DNA of 49,217 nt, the filler included, from Streblomastix strix (lineage: Eukaryota), in assembly GCA_008636045.1 (NCBI GenBank). It is 3 parts of 3 records of this genome, joined end to end, with 100 filler letters (N's around TTAATTAATTAA, not from the genome) between each part and the next. Parts side by side here need not be neighbours in the genome. Positions count along the whole stretch, not along the records: positions 1 to 16,349 come from SNRW01000832.1; 2 more parts are not named here. One strand, 5' to 3'. A model generated the notes under the pieces. That model was given only the letters and a program-made list of their open reading frames with translations, searched no databases and had not been told where the DNA came from. This document shows positions 1 to 13,377 of this stretch, piece after piece (positions within the stretch are counted from its first letter, which is position 1; each line of letters starts with the position of its first letter). Both the position numbers and the translations under genes were made by a program.

Positions 1-2
1 GA

Positions 3-3000
3 GCATGTTCTCCCCCTCATTCAAAGGTAAGTTAGATTCCTCCAATTTCCACAGCACTGGTAAGCGCAACCATTGCAGGTTCTTAATCTCAGAAGAATGA
101 ATACACAGTTCCATAAATTAGCTAATAATAGCATTGTAATTAAAAGGAAGTCGAAAATGATTCTACAACTAATTCCACTGATTAACAATCAGCTGAATCT
201 ATATTTCAAATTTCACCTACTGTTTCTTCTCAAATCTCAGAATCAACAACAAGCTTAGAACATAAACCAACCAAAGTATTAAACGAACAATAAAGAAAAG
301 ATGTTTCAACTCAAACATTGAATGATAATTTGGTTGACTCTGAAGAGCTATTTGAAGTTATTGCTGATTATTTTGGATAAAAAAGTTAATCAAATTTCCT
401 TCCTGTGTAAAAAGGTGAGATTGTAAAAGTAATCGAAAAAGGGAATAAATTTTTCACTATCATTTTCAGAGAAGGATAAATTCCTAAAGAATTTCTTCGT
501 GTATGCCCTTCTCCATTTACTTCTTCCAGTTTAAATGAGCTTAACTCTACATTACCACCAAAATCAATAACTAAACAAAATATTCCTACATCTGAATAAT
601 TATCATACATTCAAACTCCAAAATCTAATATTTAATAACCAAACACACATGGTGAATAAGCCCATAGAACAAATTCAGATCCAGAAGTAATAGGCACATC
701 AATGTCAGCTGAAGAACTTTAGGAATAAATTGAATAGCTCTAATATAATGATTGTGTGAATGATTTTTTTATATTTGCTATATTAATAAATTTATTCATA
801 AATATTTATTCATAAATACAGTTGAATTAATCAGAGAACTTTCATCAGGAGCATTTGGACGTGTTATTGTTGTTAAATTCAAGTTCGCTGATATTATAAT
901 AGCTATCAAGAGGGTTCCATACAAACACCCAGTTAAAATACAACTGGCTGATCAAGAAATTAAGATGCTGAAGATTGCTTAGTCGAGATATACAGTTCGT
1001 TTATTTGGTACATTCAAATTCGATCTTGACTTGTGTATGCTTCAAGAATTCTGCCCTGGTGGAAATCTTCGGGGACAATTGGAGAAGATGAAATCAATGT
1101 CAATAAAGGAAAGAATGGAGGTATATTTTATATTTGATTTTTCAATTTAATTTTAATTATTATTATTTATTGTATTATTTTTCTAATAGTTAAGTTACAA
1201 ATACACGTTCTAGATCGTTTCGGGTTTATAAATTCTCCACTCAAGCAATATTGCACACAGAGATTTAAAACCTGAAAATATCCTCATTGATAAAGATGGA
1301 AATGCAAAATTGGGTATATAAAAATATTTATTTTAATTTACAAATATTAATTTTTATGTCTTTATTTAAATATAGCTGATTTTGGTCTTGCTGAAAAGAT
1401 TGAAAGCAAGTCATACTTAAAGACTGCTGGGACTTTGTATGTTATAATTTATTTACTCTGATTTTATTTTTAGCATCTTTTTAACCTTTTATAGTAACTA
1501 TGCTCCACCAGAAGCATTTTCGCAAAACCGTATGATGATTGAAAGTGACATTTGGGCAGTTGGAGTTATAGTAACAGAGCTTGTGACTGGTGTTCATCCA
1601 TTCACTGGTCGAAACTCTGAGGAAATATCAACGAAAATCAGAGATGGTAAGTTTGCACCTCTTCCTGATCATGTTCAAGGAGAAATGAAATAAATGATTG
1701 TGAAAATGCTTTCTGTTGTTTGTATTATTTATTTAATTATTTATTATTATATAATTATATGTTTTATAGGATATGACCAAACGTCCTACAGTTGAAAAAC
1801 TTCTTTAAACTGAGTTAATGAAACATTAGGCTTAAATTGAAGAAGTTGCTGATGATGAAAAAATTGCTGAACGACTTGTAGCTAAAATGATCAAAAATAG
1901 AAAAGAAATTGAAATGAAGAAATAATTAGAGAATAAGAAAGCAGAAGCAGAGGCTGAAAAAACTCGAAATATTGAAAATGAAAATAAAAATCTATAATAA
2001 CTAGTGGATAGATCAAATCGGTATGCAAAAATTCATTTTTAGTATTAGAACTATATTAATAATATAATTATTGTTATTTATCTATTATTAAATTACAGAC
2101 TCAAAATTGGACAAAGAAAATTTTAAAATTATGAGCGTATAGAGAAAATTGGAAGTGCTTTTTCTGGTTTTTATAAGATCAAACGTAAATCTGATGGAAA
2201 ATTCTTGGTATATTAGAAGATTTAATGGAAAGATATTGATTAAGAAAATTAATTAGTAGAATAAATTAAGATTCAATCAAGTTTATGTCACCAGAATCTT
2301 GTGTAATTTATTGAAGCATTTCAGCGTGAAGACGATTTCTATTTTGTCAATGAATTTTATGAAAGTGGAAATTTGAAATAATTTTATTTGAAAAAGAAAA
2401 ATAAAGAAGAATTTATTTCAGAGGATGAATCATGGAATTTTCTCTATTAATTGATAAATGCAGTTAAATATCTTCACTCAAAACATATTCTCCATGGAAA
2501 TTTGAGCCCTTAACATATTTTACTTACAGCTGATAGCAAAATCAAAGTTGGAGGACTTATTTTAGCATCGCAACTCCTCCATGGAGAAGTATTTGAAAGG
2601 TCATAATTTTACAATCTGTATGCCAATTCATACTTAATAAATACATATTAAAATATTCTTATTTATTTAATGAAATAGAATATATGTAAGTCCAGAAAGA
2701 TATGCTAATGATATTCAAAGTTGTCCAGCAGATATTTATGGAATTGGTCTTATTATGCATGAAATACTCACTTAAGTACCTCCATTTGAAGATGGTTCGC
2801 GACATTAATTAAAATATTGGCGATCAAATGGTCAAGTTTAAGTAGAGATAGATAAGTAGCGCTATAGTTCTGATTTGGTTGAACTGATTAGTTCTATGCG
2901 CCGAGTGGTATATTTAAATAGAAAATTAAATTAAAATATTGTTTTATTATTAACATAATTGATATATTTTATTGGTGATAACAATTTCTAGAATCCCGAT

Positions 3001-5348
3001 GAACGTCCAACTCCCGAATAAATTCTAGCTCATCCACTTATACATCATATAATTTAGAACAATAGTGAAACCTTTCAAGCTTCTCCAATGCTTGTTTGGG
3101 GCATTGATTCAGAATTTGGATATGCATCAAAAGAACAAAATTCATTACTGGTCGCTCCAAGCGACAAAGAAGGCAAAATTCATTCCATAAAACTAGTAGT
3201 TCCTGATGGATTACATGATCACATTGCGACAATGGGGTTAGATCCTGTATTTTAATCTCTTTCAAATAGGCAATAATTCATCCGTATTTCAGCCCGATTC
3301 ATTGATTAACCCTAAGGTTCATTCAGAAGTATGTATTATTATTTGTCCTTTCTAAGTTTTTCGAATTTAATTTTGTTTATTAGAAATTGGTATTGTTGAA
3401 GCAAGCAAAGACATTTCTAATGATTATGAACTCGGCATGGATGAATGTTTGCTTTATAATATATAATGCAAAAATTAAAGTTAAATTAAAGTTAAATTTA
3501 AATTATATTATATTTTATTATATTATATTTTATTATATTATATTATATTTTATTATATTTTATTTTATTATTTTATTTTATTATTCTATTTTTCTTATTC
3601 TATGTATTTCGAAATATAGACAGTATTTCTTATGATGGAACATCGTATGTTCAATTAATTTTGTTCAAAATCTTCATATTTATTTTATTTTATAATTTCA
3701 TTTTTTTATAGAGGATAAATAACACATGGTGGCTAAATTGTCTGTACAAATGATAAGTTTGAGAATGATGATATTGTGTAACTCGAAGTATATATGCCAC
3801 CAACTGAATAATTGAATGAAAATTCTGCAACACTCAGCTTTGCGATCAATGAGAAATAACAGAAAAACAAAATTAATAAAATTCCATCCGAATTCCGCTT
3901 CTGTGTATGATTTACTATTATTTTTCATCTTTCAATTAAATTCAATTTCTATTATATTGTTTATTATTTTAGGTTTAACTCTTTTATTCCAAATCTTCAG
4001 TTGAAATTATCAAAGTTGAAGTTTCTGATTTGAATTTGATAAATAATAGTCAAAATCATAATGATCTGAAATTGCTATTATAGAATAATAGATTAATTGA
4101 TATTTAAAAGGAAGAGATTTATTAAAGGAAAGTTGAATTAAATATGAAAATTAATTAATAATCAGAGTTTGACCAAATATAACCCGAGTAATTAGATGAT
4201 AAATCTAATGGGTATGGGTATAAACTTAGCTATTTTGTTTTTGTTCTAATAACTTTCAAAATTTTATATTTTATCTCTCATATAATAAGAATCTAAGTTG
4301 GATAAGACAATTTTGATAATTATGATCGTATTGAAAAAATTGGAAGTAGTATTTCTGGAATTGTATATAAGATTAAACGTAAAACAGATGGAAAAGAATT
4401 TGCATATAAAAAGTTTATATCATTAACATAAGAGGAAGAAAATGAAATGATTAATAATATAAAATTTCTATCTGAACTTTACCATCCAAATATTATACGC
4501 CTTATTGAAGCATTTAAACATAAAAATATACTTTATTTTGTTTATGAGCTATGCGTAGGGGGTACTTTGGAAGATTACTATAAGAATAAAAAAGAAAAAG
4601 AAGAATTTATTACAGGGAAAGAGGCGTTGAAGTTTCTCTATTAGATGATATCTGCAATTAAATATCTTCATTCTAAACGCATTCTTCACAGAAATTTGAA
4701 CCCTTCTCAAATTTTACTTACTTATGATAATACAATCAAAGAGAGTGGTTTGAGTATTGCAATGAAACTTGATCCTGGAAAAGATAGTGATAAGACTATA
4801 TGTAATACAAAGTTTGCAAATAAATAATAAAATATTTATGAAAATTATAATTATTTATTATACGTTATATATTATTCAAATTGCAAATTATAATTTTATT
4901 TTTTATCATAAATAAGTATGTACATGAGCCCAGAGTAAACATCTACCAATCAGCAAAGTTTTCCTGCAGATGTTTATGGAATTGGTTTGATTATGCATGA
5001 AATACTCAGTTAAACACGTCCTTTTGAAACTTGTTCATAATATTAATTGATATAACGTCGATTAAATGGAAAAGTTTAGGCAGATATTGATTCACAACAT
5101 TATAGCTCTGATTTGATTTAACTTGTTGATTCAATGCATAGAATAGTATACTTAATAGAAAATTTAAATAAATATATTATTAATTCAAATAGTTTTTAAT
5201 ATATTTTATTGATTTTAATAATAATTTCTAGAAACCAGAAGAACGCCCAACTGTAGAATAAATCTTGGCTCATCCTCTCATATCTCAGTATTTATAGCAG
5301 ATGTCTCAAGATATTGATGAAACACATGAGAATGCTGCATTTGATTGA
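3..5348 (+). CDS. Multi-exon protein kinase, 5'-truncated: SH3-like domain + intact Ser/Thr (NEK-like) kinase + coiled coil + pseudokinase + SPRY/B30.2-like domain + second pseudokinase
   Basis: Spliced table-6 translation. SH3-like ~345-500 (VIADYFGQ..LPVQKGEIVKVIEK..GQIP). Kinase 1 ~822-1810 (SSGAFG, AIK, HRDLKPEN, ADFG, YAPPE, DIWAVG). Kinase 2 ~2100-3050 (HGNLSPQH, VGGL). SPRY-like ~3150-4020. Kinase 3 ~4290-5300 (HRNLNPSQ, ESGL). GT-AG introns keep the frame; stop TGA at 5346-5348. Confidence 0.85.
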
Positions 5349-5707
5349 AATTAGAAGGCGACGAAGAAGGAAAGTTGAAAGTTATTATGCTTAATCTTAA
5401 CTCTTTCTTGATTTATATTAGAACTCTTTTCTCTTCAATCTTATTCCAAAAATTTTGCATTGTTTATTTCAAATTATTTATATTAATTTCCTACATTTTT
5501 CCAGATAGTATTCTTTTCTTATCAATCTTATTCAATGAAATTCACATCATATCCTTTAAATTATTCTTATTAATATAAATTTAATAATAATAAATAGATT
5601 TTAATCTGATTTTTATTGAAATCCTTTTTTAACGTTTACCAAATAGTTAACTGTACTATGTGGAATGATTAAGATGAATAATTTTCAATAAAATAAATAC
5701 AAAGTCA

Positions 5708-6528
5708 GAATAAAAATAAGAGAAAGAATTAGAATAAGAATAAGGGAAAGAATAAGAATAAGTGAAAGTATAAGAGAATGAATAAGAATATGAGAAAGAA
5801 TAAAAATAAGAGAAAGAACAAGAAAAATAATAAGAGAAAGAATAAGAATAAGAATAAGAGAAAGAATAAGAATAATAATAAGAGAAAGAATAAGATAAAG
5901 AAGATGATTATGACATAGAATAAGAGAAAGAATTAGAGAATGAATAAGAATATGAGAAAGAATAAGAGAAAGAATAAGAATAAGAAAAAAATAAGAATAA
6001 GAATAAGTGAAAGAATAAGAGAAAGAACAAGAAAAATAATAAGAGAAAGAATAAGAATAAGAATAAGAGAAAGAATAAGATAAAGAAGATGATTATGATA
6101 AAGAATAAGAGAAAGAATTAGAGAATGAATAAGAATAAGAATATGAGAAAGAATAAGAGAAAGAATAAGAAAAAGAATAATAATAATAATAATAATAATA
6201 GAAAGAATAAGAATAAAAGAAAGAATAAGAAAAAGAATAAGAATAAGAATAAGAGAAAGAATAAAAGAAAGAATAAGAGAAAGAATAAGAGAAAGAACAA
6301 GAGAAAGAATAAGAGAAAAAATAAGAGAAAAAATAATAGAAAGAATAAAAGAAAGAATAAACGAAAGAATAAGAATAAGAGAAAGAATAATAGAAAGAAT
6401 AAGAGAAAGAATAAGAATAAGAAAAAGAATAAGAATAAGAATAATAGAAAGAAAAAGAATAATAGAAAGAATAAAAAAATGAATAAGAAAAATAATAAAA
6501 TAGTAATTTACAGCATAAAAACACTTGA
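5708..6528 (+). repeat. GAATAA/GAGAAA hexamer-based purine-rich repeat with an internal ~170 bp duplication; possible E/Q/K-rich coding remnant
   Basis: Direct tandem units. The block containing GATAAAGAAGATGATTATGA occurs twice (~5810-5970 and ~6020-6170). Reads EQEKEQ... in table 6, with a frameshift at the poly-A near 5990 and TGA at 6526-6528. Confidence 0.8.
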
Positions 6529-6825
6529 ACCTAAGAACTATTTACATTTCAATAGCTAAAATAATGTTTTATTCAATTATAATTAAAAAATAAATAAAAT
6601 CGTGTTTATTAAGAATATCATGTTTATTTGAATCAATAATTTATGATTATATTTATATACAACTAACTTATAATACTAATTTAAAAACAAATAACAGATG
6701 TTAAATGAAAATATATAAAAAAAATATGGATTTAGAAAATAAAAATAAAATGTTGATAAAAAAAATAAGAAAAAATAATTAAGATTCAGAAAAAAAAGTT
6801 GTAATTTGTTAAATCTAATCAACTC

Positions 6826-8780
6826 TCAATTGCATGGACTTGAAAATCCCATGTAACCGTTGTTCAATGCAAGAAGAATAATTGTAAACAATCCATGAAA
6901 ACAAGAAATTAACAATGAAATGCAAAAGAATCCACTAATTAAGAATAGCAGAACTGAATATCTTTTCTTTTTAATCGCAATACGAGATATAACAGCTGTT
7001 CCAAGTAAAGCTCCACCAACTCCCATAATAAAGAATGCAACACCCCAATCCAAAGGAAGTATGCCACCAACAGCAAATTGTAATGAGGATGAAGAAGATG
7101 TTATAAGAATAAGTGAAGATGTTGTTGCTGTAACAACTGGTATCAATACTCCCATTTCTAGTAAGATTGGATTTGTGATTAAGGCTCCTCCAATTCCAAG
7201 TAATCCAGCTAATACACCAGCAGCTGTGCAGATGAATGGATACAATATTGACGATCTCAAAGTCCATCTTACATCTCCTTCTGCAAACTGATATCCTAAT
7301 AAATCTTTCTTTCTCTATTCTTTCAAGGTGAAGAATGATCCAACGCATGTCATACAAACACTGAATATTAAATATAACACAATTATAACCCAATCACCTG
7401 CTGAACATTTCTTTATTCCAATTATTGACTTACCAGATTTACCTCCACGAGCAAGAGACACTAAAAGAAGAACAATCCACATCACAATACAGAATATTGT
7501 CTTCTTTATTGATAATCTTCTTTCGCTTTTGTACATCTATGCTAATTCTGGTGATATATTATCTGTATTTATATGGTTATTAATAGATCTATGTTCAGAT
7601 TGTTGCTAATCTTATTATTAAATTGGATTTAATGATTCTTCCAATGATTTTGTTGTATTTTAGCTATTAATTGATTCAGATTCACTTTCTGGAGTATTAT
7701 GTGGAGAATGTATTTACAATTCGGGTATTATTTCAACCTAAATGTCTGGAATTGATGATTATATAGGATTGTTAATCTGAATATTATTTTCTTCATTATT
7801 TTCTTTCTATTATATTTATTCATTTTCACTTGATATTTCATCCATAACTTAAATATCAATAACTTCATTATGTTTATGTTCTTATTAATCAATAATAATA
7901 TTTTCATTTGAAAGTTGTGGATCAGCATGATTAAGAGATGATTAAGATTGAATATTTGAAGTTGTTTATATCATTTGAGTTTCTTTCTATGAATTTGATC
8001 CAACTTTTATCCCAGAAAATGTAGATGCTGCTTATTTTTCTTCCTTTCTGGTTTTTTATTCTTTTCTAAATTCAACAACTGCTTTCTTGAATGATCTATA
8101 CAAAGTTAGTATTAAGAACAAGCACAACAGACAAGTAATTACATATTATGGTACAATTTATGCGAGATATACTCCAATGAATGATCCAGCTAGAAGACAA
8201 GGAATCATAACAACTACAATATCACAATATATTCTTGGTCGATCTCGGTTTGGATGTTTTCCATACATACCCATAATAAAGGACATAAATCCATTTCCAA
8301 ATATTGTTACTTGTGCAATTGATACTCCAACAGACGATTTAAATAAAGAAACTAATGTCACAATTGGAACAACGAAACTTCCTCCTCCTAATCCAGTTGC
8401 TCCTCCAAGAATAGAGATTGAAAAACCTCCAATCATACTTATGAATGTTTACCATGTAGGAGGCCATATTCCTTTATGAATGCATTATGATCCTTTGCAT
8501 GTTGATTATGCTCCACAATCTGCATCTGATCTACATACTCCACATAATCCATCTACACATCCTTGAGATCCCTAACAAACTATATCAACTATTCCATGAT
8601 TGCAAGTTCGCTAAGTATCAGCATTTACTGAAAATTACAATTAAAATAATAAAGCAAAAAAATTGAATTGAATTGTAACATACATATGGAAGAATGGTTT
8701 GTTGCTTCATTAGCATATCGTGAAGAACAACAGCTTCCAGTTGGTACAACAATAGTTAAAATTAAGATTTACACAATCAT
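6826..8780 (-). CDS. Sulfite exporter TauE/SafE-family membrane protein with a Cys-rich N-terminal segment
   Basis: Two TauE half-repeats (GGATGLGGGSFVVP; AGLLGIGGALITNPILLEMGV) and multiple hydrophobic helices. In-frame TAA/TAG join the listed ORF fragments. One intron at ~8629-8684; TGA at 6826-6828. Confidence 0.88.
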
Positions 8781-9275
8781 CTACAAATCAACAAAAGTAA
8801 TCAATATAAATCTTTATAGTAATGAAAATTTGAAGTAATAGTTAAAAAATATTCAATAAAACTGGAACAAATAATGAAAAACTTCCATATGATACTGAAA
8901 AAAGCAATTTTTGAAAAAATATTTAAAATTGTTTGTACTAGCAAACTTCATAGATATTTTTGATTATAATTTAAATAAAAGATAGCTTAGATAATAATAA
9001 GTTATAAATTTATTGTATTTGGAAATATATATACAACTTGTTGCGCTTGAAGAGACCATTTCTTGATATGTAGTATTAATACTATAGAAAATTTGTTAAT
9101 TATACTTTAATAAATATATTCAACAAGTTTAAGTAATAATATTTATTATTCACCAACAGATAACATCAGAAAATTATTGACAAATTTAATTGCATTAAAT
9201 TGTACACTTTGCATAAAATAATAGTTTAATTATTCTTTTATATAATTTTTTTTATTTTATTAGATCTTATATGAA

Positions 9276-10553
9276 ATGAAAACAAACAAATCACTTTATT
9301 CACAAGAATTTTAAGCGATGAATCGTGAAGAATAATATAATGAAGGGTTTATATGTCCAATTACACAAGAAGTTTGATAAATCTCAGCATGAATTTATTT
9401 CTCATTTATTTTTATTTATTATTATATGTAGATAATGACTGATCCAGTAATTGCTGAAGATGGAAACAGTTATGAAAGACAAGCGATTGTTGATTGGTTG
9501 AAAATAAAGAAAATATCTCCTATTACTCGGGAACCAATGAATGGAAGATTGCTACCTGATTTGGAACTGAAGAAAAAGATTGATATTGAAAGAAACAAAT
9601 AAGAAAAGGAATAAAGACAAGAAAGTATAATAGATGAATATTAATTAAAACAAAGAAACGAAGAATAATAAAGAAGAATAATTGAAGAAACACAAAGATA
9701 TTAATAATTAGAAATAATTGATTACTAAAAAACAGCAGAGATATTGAAGCAGCCTTTGATGCTGGGTTAACTTCAAGGGATATAAATTTAATAACAGGAA
9801 ATTGAATGCTAGAAAATAATAAATAGATTATATGGTGAAAAAGATAATTAAGAAATAAAGAATAGATTATAAGATAAATAAGATAATTATGAAATAATGA
9901 ATGCTATCAATGCAGGTGTAGCTGATGCTCTTATTCAGATCTTTTCAAATAGACCATTAAATTTAATAACGTAAAAATTCCCAGCAACATTTCTCCTAAT
10001 GACAGTAGCTTGTAATGAAATCAAACATATTCTATTTAATAAATAACCTTATTCTTCTCTGCTACGTTTGCTTGATCATGAGGATATTAAAGTTGCTGAT
10101 TTTGCGCTCTTATCAATTTACCATATCATTATTTCAACAGGAATGACGGAAGAACCAGCTCTTCATCCTCATTACAGAATAATGGTTGAATTAGATGGAA
10201 TTGATAAGATTTTTAGGATGTTCAATAGAAATGATATTGGCAAAAATTCTAAAGATTATGCTGCATTTTGCATTAGCACATTGTTCAAAATGCAGAAAAT
10301 TCCAAATGCTATAATGAGCGAATAAATAATAGATCATCTCAAATCTATAATAAACGATCCTATGGTTAACAACAAAAGCTTGGCCAAAATTGGAATTGTT
10401 TTGCTTGCTATGAATTATTGTATGTTTATGTTAATATTTTACTGTTACTTAGCAATATTTTTATTGTTTTATTTTAATATTTTACTTACAAAACTAGCTA
10501 ACAAAGTTGAAATTGAAAAAGATGGATTTGTTGTTCCTGAACTTGATGATTGA
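9276..10553 (+). CDS. U-box domain protein (putative E3 ubiquitin ligase) with coiled coil and C-terminal ARM/HEAT-like helical region
   Basis: FICPITQE|IMTDPVIAEDGNSYERQAIVDWL..SPITREP is a canonical U-box motif, split by an intron at ~9372-9431. C-terminal HPHY..DGIDKIFRMF..SKDYAAFCISTLF. Second intron ~10420-10497; TGA at 10551-10553. A short upstream exon is possible. Confidence 0.85.
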
Positions 10554-10876
10554 TAATTGCTTTTCCACCAATAAAAACATAAAATATTTCAATTTTACCT
10601 TTCATAAGTGTAGCCATTACAATAACTGAATATCACTTTTTCTCAAGATGATCATTTGTACATTTTTGTAATTTTCAAAATTTTAACACAATAATAATAA
10701 AAGAATTATGATTATTTACTTTTTAACATCAAATTGGATATTTGAATGACTAATAAATCTTTAGTAACTGTATATTTTATTGTTTACAAATATATTAAAA
10801 TTATAGAAATAAATTTTATAGAATACAATACAAACAAAATTATCACAAAAGACATTTTTAAAACTATTAAATTGCT

Positions 10877-11066
10877 TCACTGAATAAGTTCGTCTTTCTC
10901 CTGAAACTGAAAATCATCTGTTGGTGTTAAAATTGGACTATATTACTGATGATGAGGAAAGTCCTATTAATTTGACTAAAAACTCTGATTATGATGAGAA
11001 TGTGGGTTTGCTAATTGATTTTGAATTTATTCTTGTTGTTGAATAAAGTTGTGAACAATTCTATTA

Positions 11067-11133
<67 letters not shown>

Positions 11134-12800
11134 CATTATCTTCCACATTAACTTGTACAACTCCTTAAATGTTCTAACGATGCCGATCAACAGCTTATTG
11201 CCTGTCTACCTGCTAATTCCCATTATTATTATTATTACCCAAATTCAAGTCAATCTTCTTCTTCTTTTATTTCCATTTCTTTACAGCGAACACCACCAGA
11301 ATAGCGACACCAGCTATAAGAGCCAATCCAAAGCTCACTACTATGAGCATTTCCCACCATTTGAGGTCATCCCCATCATCAATCCATCCATAAAGACAGC
11401 TGTTCATTATACATACACGAGGTTCGTTACTATTTGAACTGCATTTCTCAATCAAATTATCCTTTATTTCATCTAAATCAACATCCTATATACCGACTCC
11501 AATGTCACTGAAATGCAGATCAGATCCTTTTTATAACCCAGATGCAACATTCTTCCTGAATTTGGTGTCGTATATATTAATCTGAGTTGCTAAACTATGC
11601 ATATATAACTCCATCTCCATCAAACTGTGCGATATTCTTCTCAAACTTGGAATAACTGATCTCCAATTGACCTTCACAAGAATCAATATAAATCGCTCCT
11701 CCTTATCCTGATTAGCTGCCCATTATCATTATACATACGATTTATGAGTTATTCAACCAATTCCTTATAAATAGAGCTCCTCCTAGTTATGGGTATTATG
11801 AAGTGTCATATCCGAAAGGAGCTGTTATTTCTACTTTTGATTGTTTGATATCAACGTTCTTCAATGTATTTAATCCTCCATCAATATAAAGTGATCCTCC
11901 TTCTGCATATTATTGATAGCTAGCGATGCAACTATCAAATTTACAATCTTCTATTGTATGATTACCTGATCCTACAATATATATGGCACCACCTCGACCA
12001 CCTGCGCTCATACAATTAATGAACTTACAATCTTTAAGTTGTAGATCACCATTACTAACAAAAGATAAAGCTCCTCCATAATTGTATGAATTGCAGACTT
12101 ACCATTTGCAGTCTTTATAAACGGCATTGCCTGTGGATATATCTTCACGATCTTTGTTTTATTGTGTGAAATCTCTGTTATCAATTTATATTTTAGTGAA
12201 CTTGCAATTCGTAATTTAGATTTCGGTTGTTCTTTCATAATCGAATATGTGTTTGTCTCCTTCAACGAAAACATCATCAATAGTAGTCCCTATAACATGT
12301 AAATATCCTCCAAGATCACTAAAGCTTATTATACTTGATATTCTTTTCTAGGCACTATTTTCATACTATAGCTTTAGGTTTTGAATTGTTAACTCACCTC
12401 CAGTAATTTCAAAGCAGTTTCCTATTATGGCGGTTCCATGAAGTGTATTATCTTTGAACATAATTTAAGACAAATGCTCAACTTTAGCGATAAAATAACC
12501 ATAATTGACTAGAAAAATAATATGTTGCAGGGAAATGTGAGCTTCTTTTCTAGTAAATAGAGCATCTTACGTCCCATCCAGCACAATCTCAGTATAAGAA
12601 CTTCCTTGAAGTGAAATGATTTTATGTGCAACATTTAAGCCATGAGAAATGTATCTTTTGTTCTATAAATAAGAAATTTGAGGAATTTTACCAGTTGAAG
12701 TAATAAGCGATTAAGGTGCATCTTCTAGCGTTCTTACGCTTGTAACAGCATATATATGGGACGATAAAATTAAAAATAATATAGTTATTGCTATATTCAT
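10877..12800 (-). CDS. Type I membrane protein with GGA(I/L)Y/F repeats (pectin-lyase-like beta-helix / polymorphic membrane protein-like); one apparent frameshift at ~11610
   Basis: Signal peptide MNIAITILFLILSSHIYA; repeats YGGALSF, GRGGAIYI, EGGSLYI, LGGALFI, QGGAIYI; TM helix WWEMLIVVSFGLALIAGVAILVVFAV followed by KKWK; poly-N tail; TGA at 10877-10879. Confidence 0.78.
11063..11139. repeat. (ATT)n trinucleotide tract, encoding poly-Asn on the minus strand
   Basis: Direct (tat/att)n run inside the cytoplasmic tail of the membrane-protein CDS. Confidence 0.9.
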
Positions 12801-13377
12801 CTTCTACATTGTAATTTCGATACGTTATCCCAATACTATAATAAATTGTTTAAATGCAATCTAACAGAAATATTTAACTAATAAATTCAAATATTTACTT
12901 CATTAAAGTCTTATAAACAAATTGCAAAATATCCTTTTTTAAAAATCAATTGTGTTACTTCCACTCATCATTTCAGACTTAAAATAATATTAATGAGTCA
13001 AATATGTGTGCTTGCAAGTGAATATCATAAAAATATTACGTTATACTTTACAGTTATTTAAATCACATAAAATCAATTTATCTCTCGTGTCCGTGTTCAA
13101 TAATATTAATCAATATCAATATTTTGCCTAATTTTATATTTAATTAATAATTTATAAACAAAATAATATTTTACATAAATAAATAATCATAAAATAACCA
13201 TTGAAGAAAATTGCAAATAACTCACAGATAACATTACAATTTTATATTTATTTTGCTAAATAGTATATTAAGAGCATTGTTTTCATTCAATATTATATTG
13301 TATTTAATTTAATATATTCCTAGAACTATATTTTTCACTTACACATTTATTTTTTGTTCTTTTTCTTTTTCTTTCAG

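Noticed and set aside
5708..6500. Repeat array as CRISPR or telomere
   Set aside because: No repeat-spacer structure, no cas genes, degenerate units, and an internal position.
6093..7609. Listed ORFs such as poly-YS/poly-FL frames, 6920..7291 and 7328..7609
   Set aside because: Shadow frames of the repeat or antisense frames of the TauE gene.
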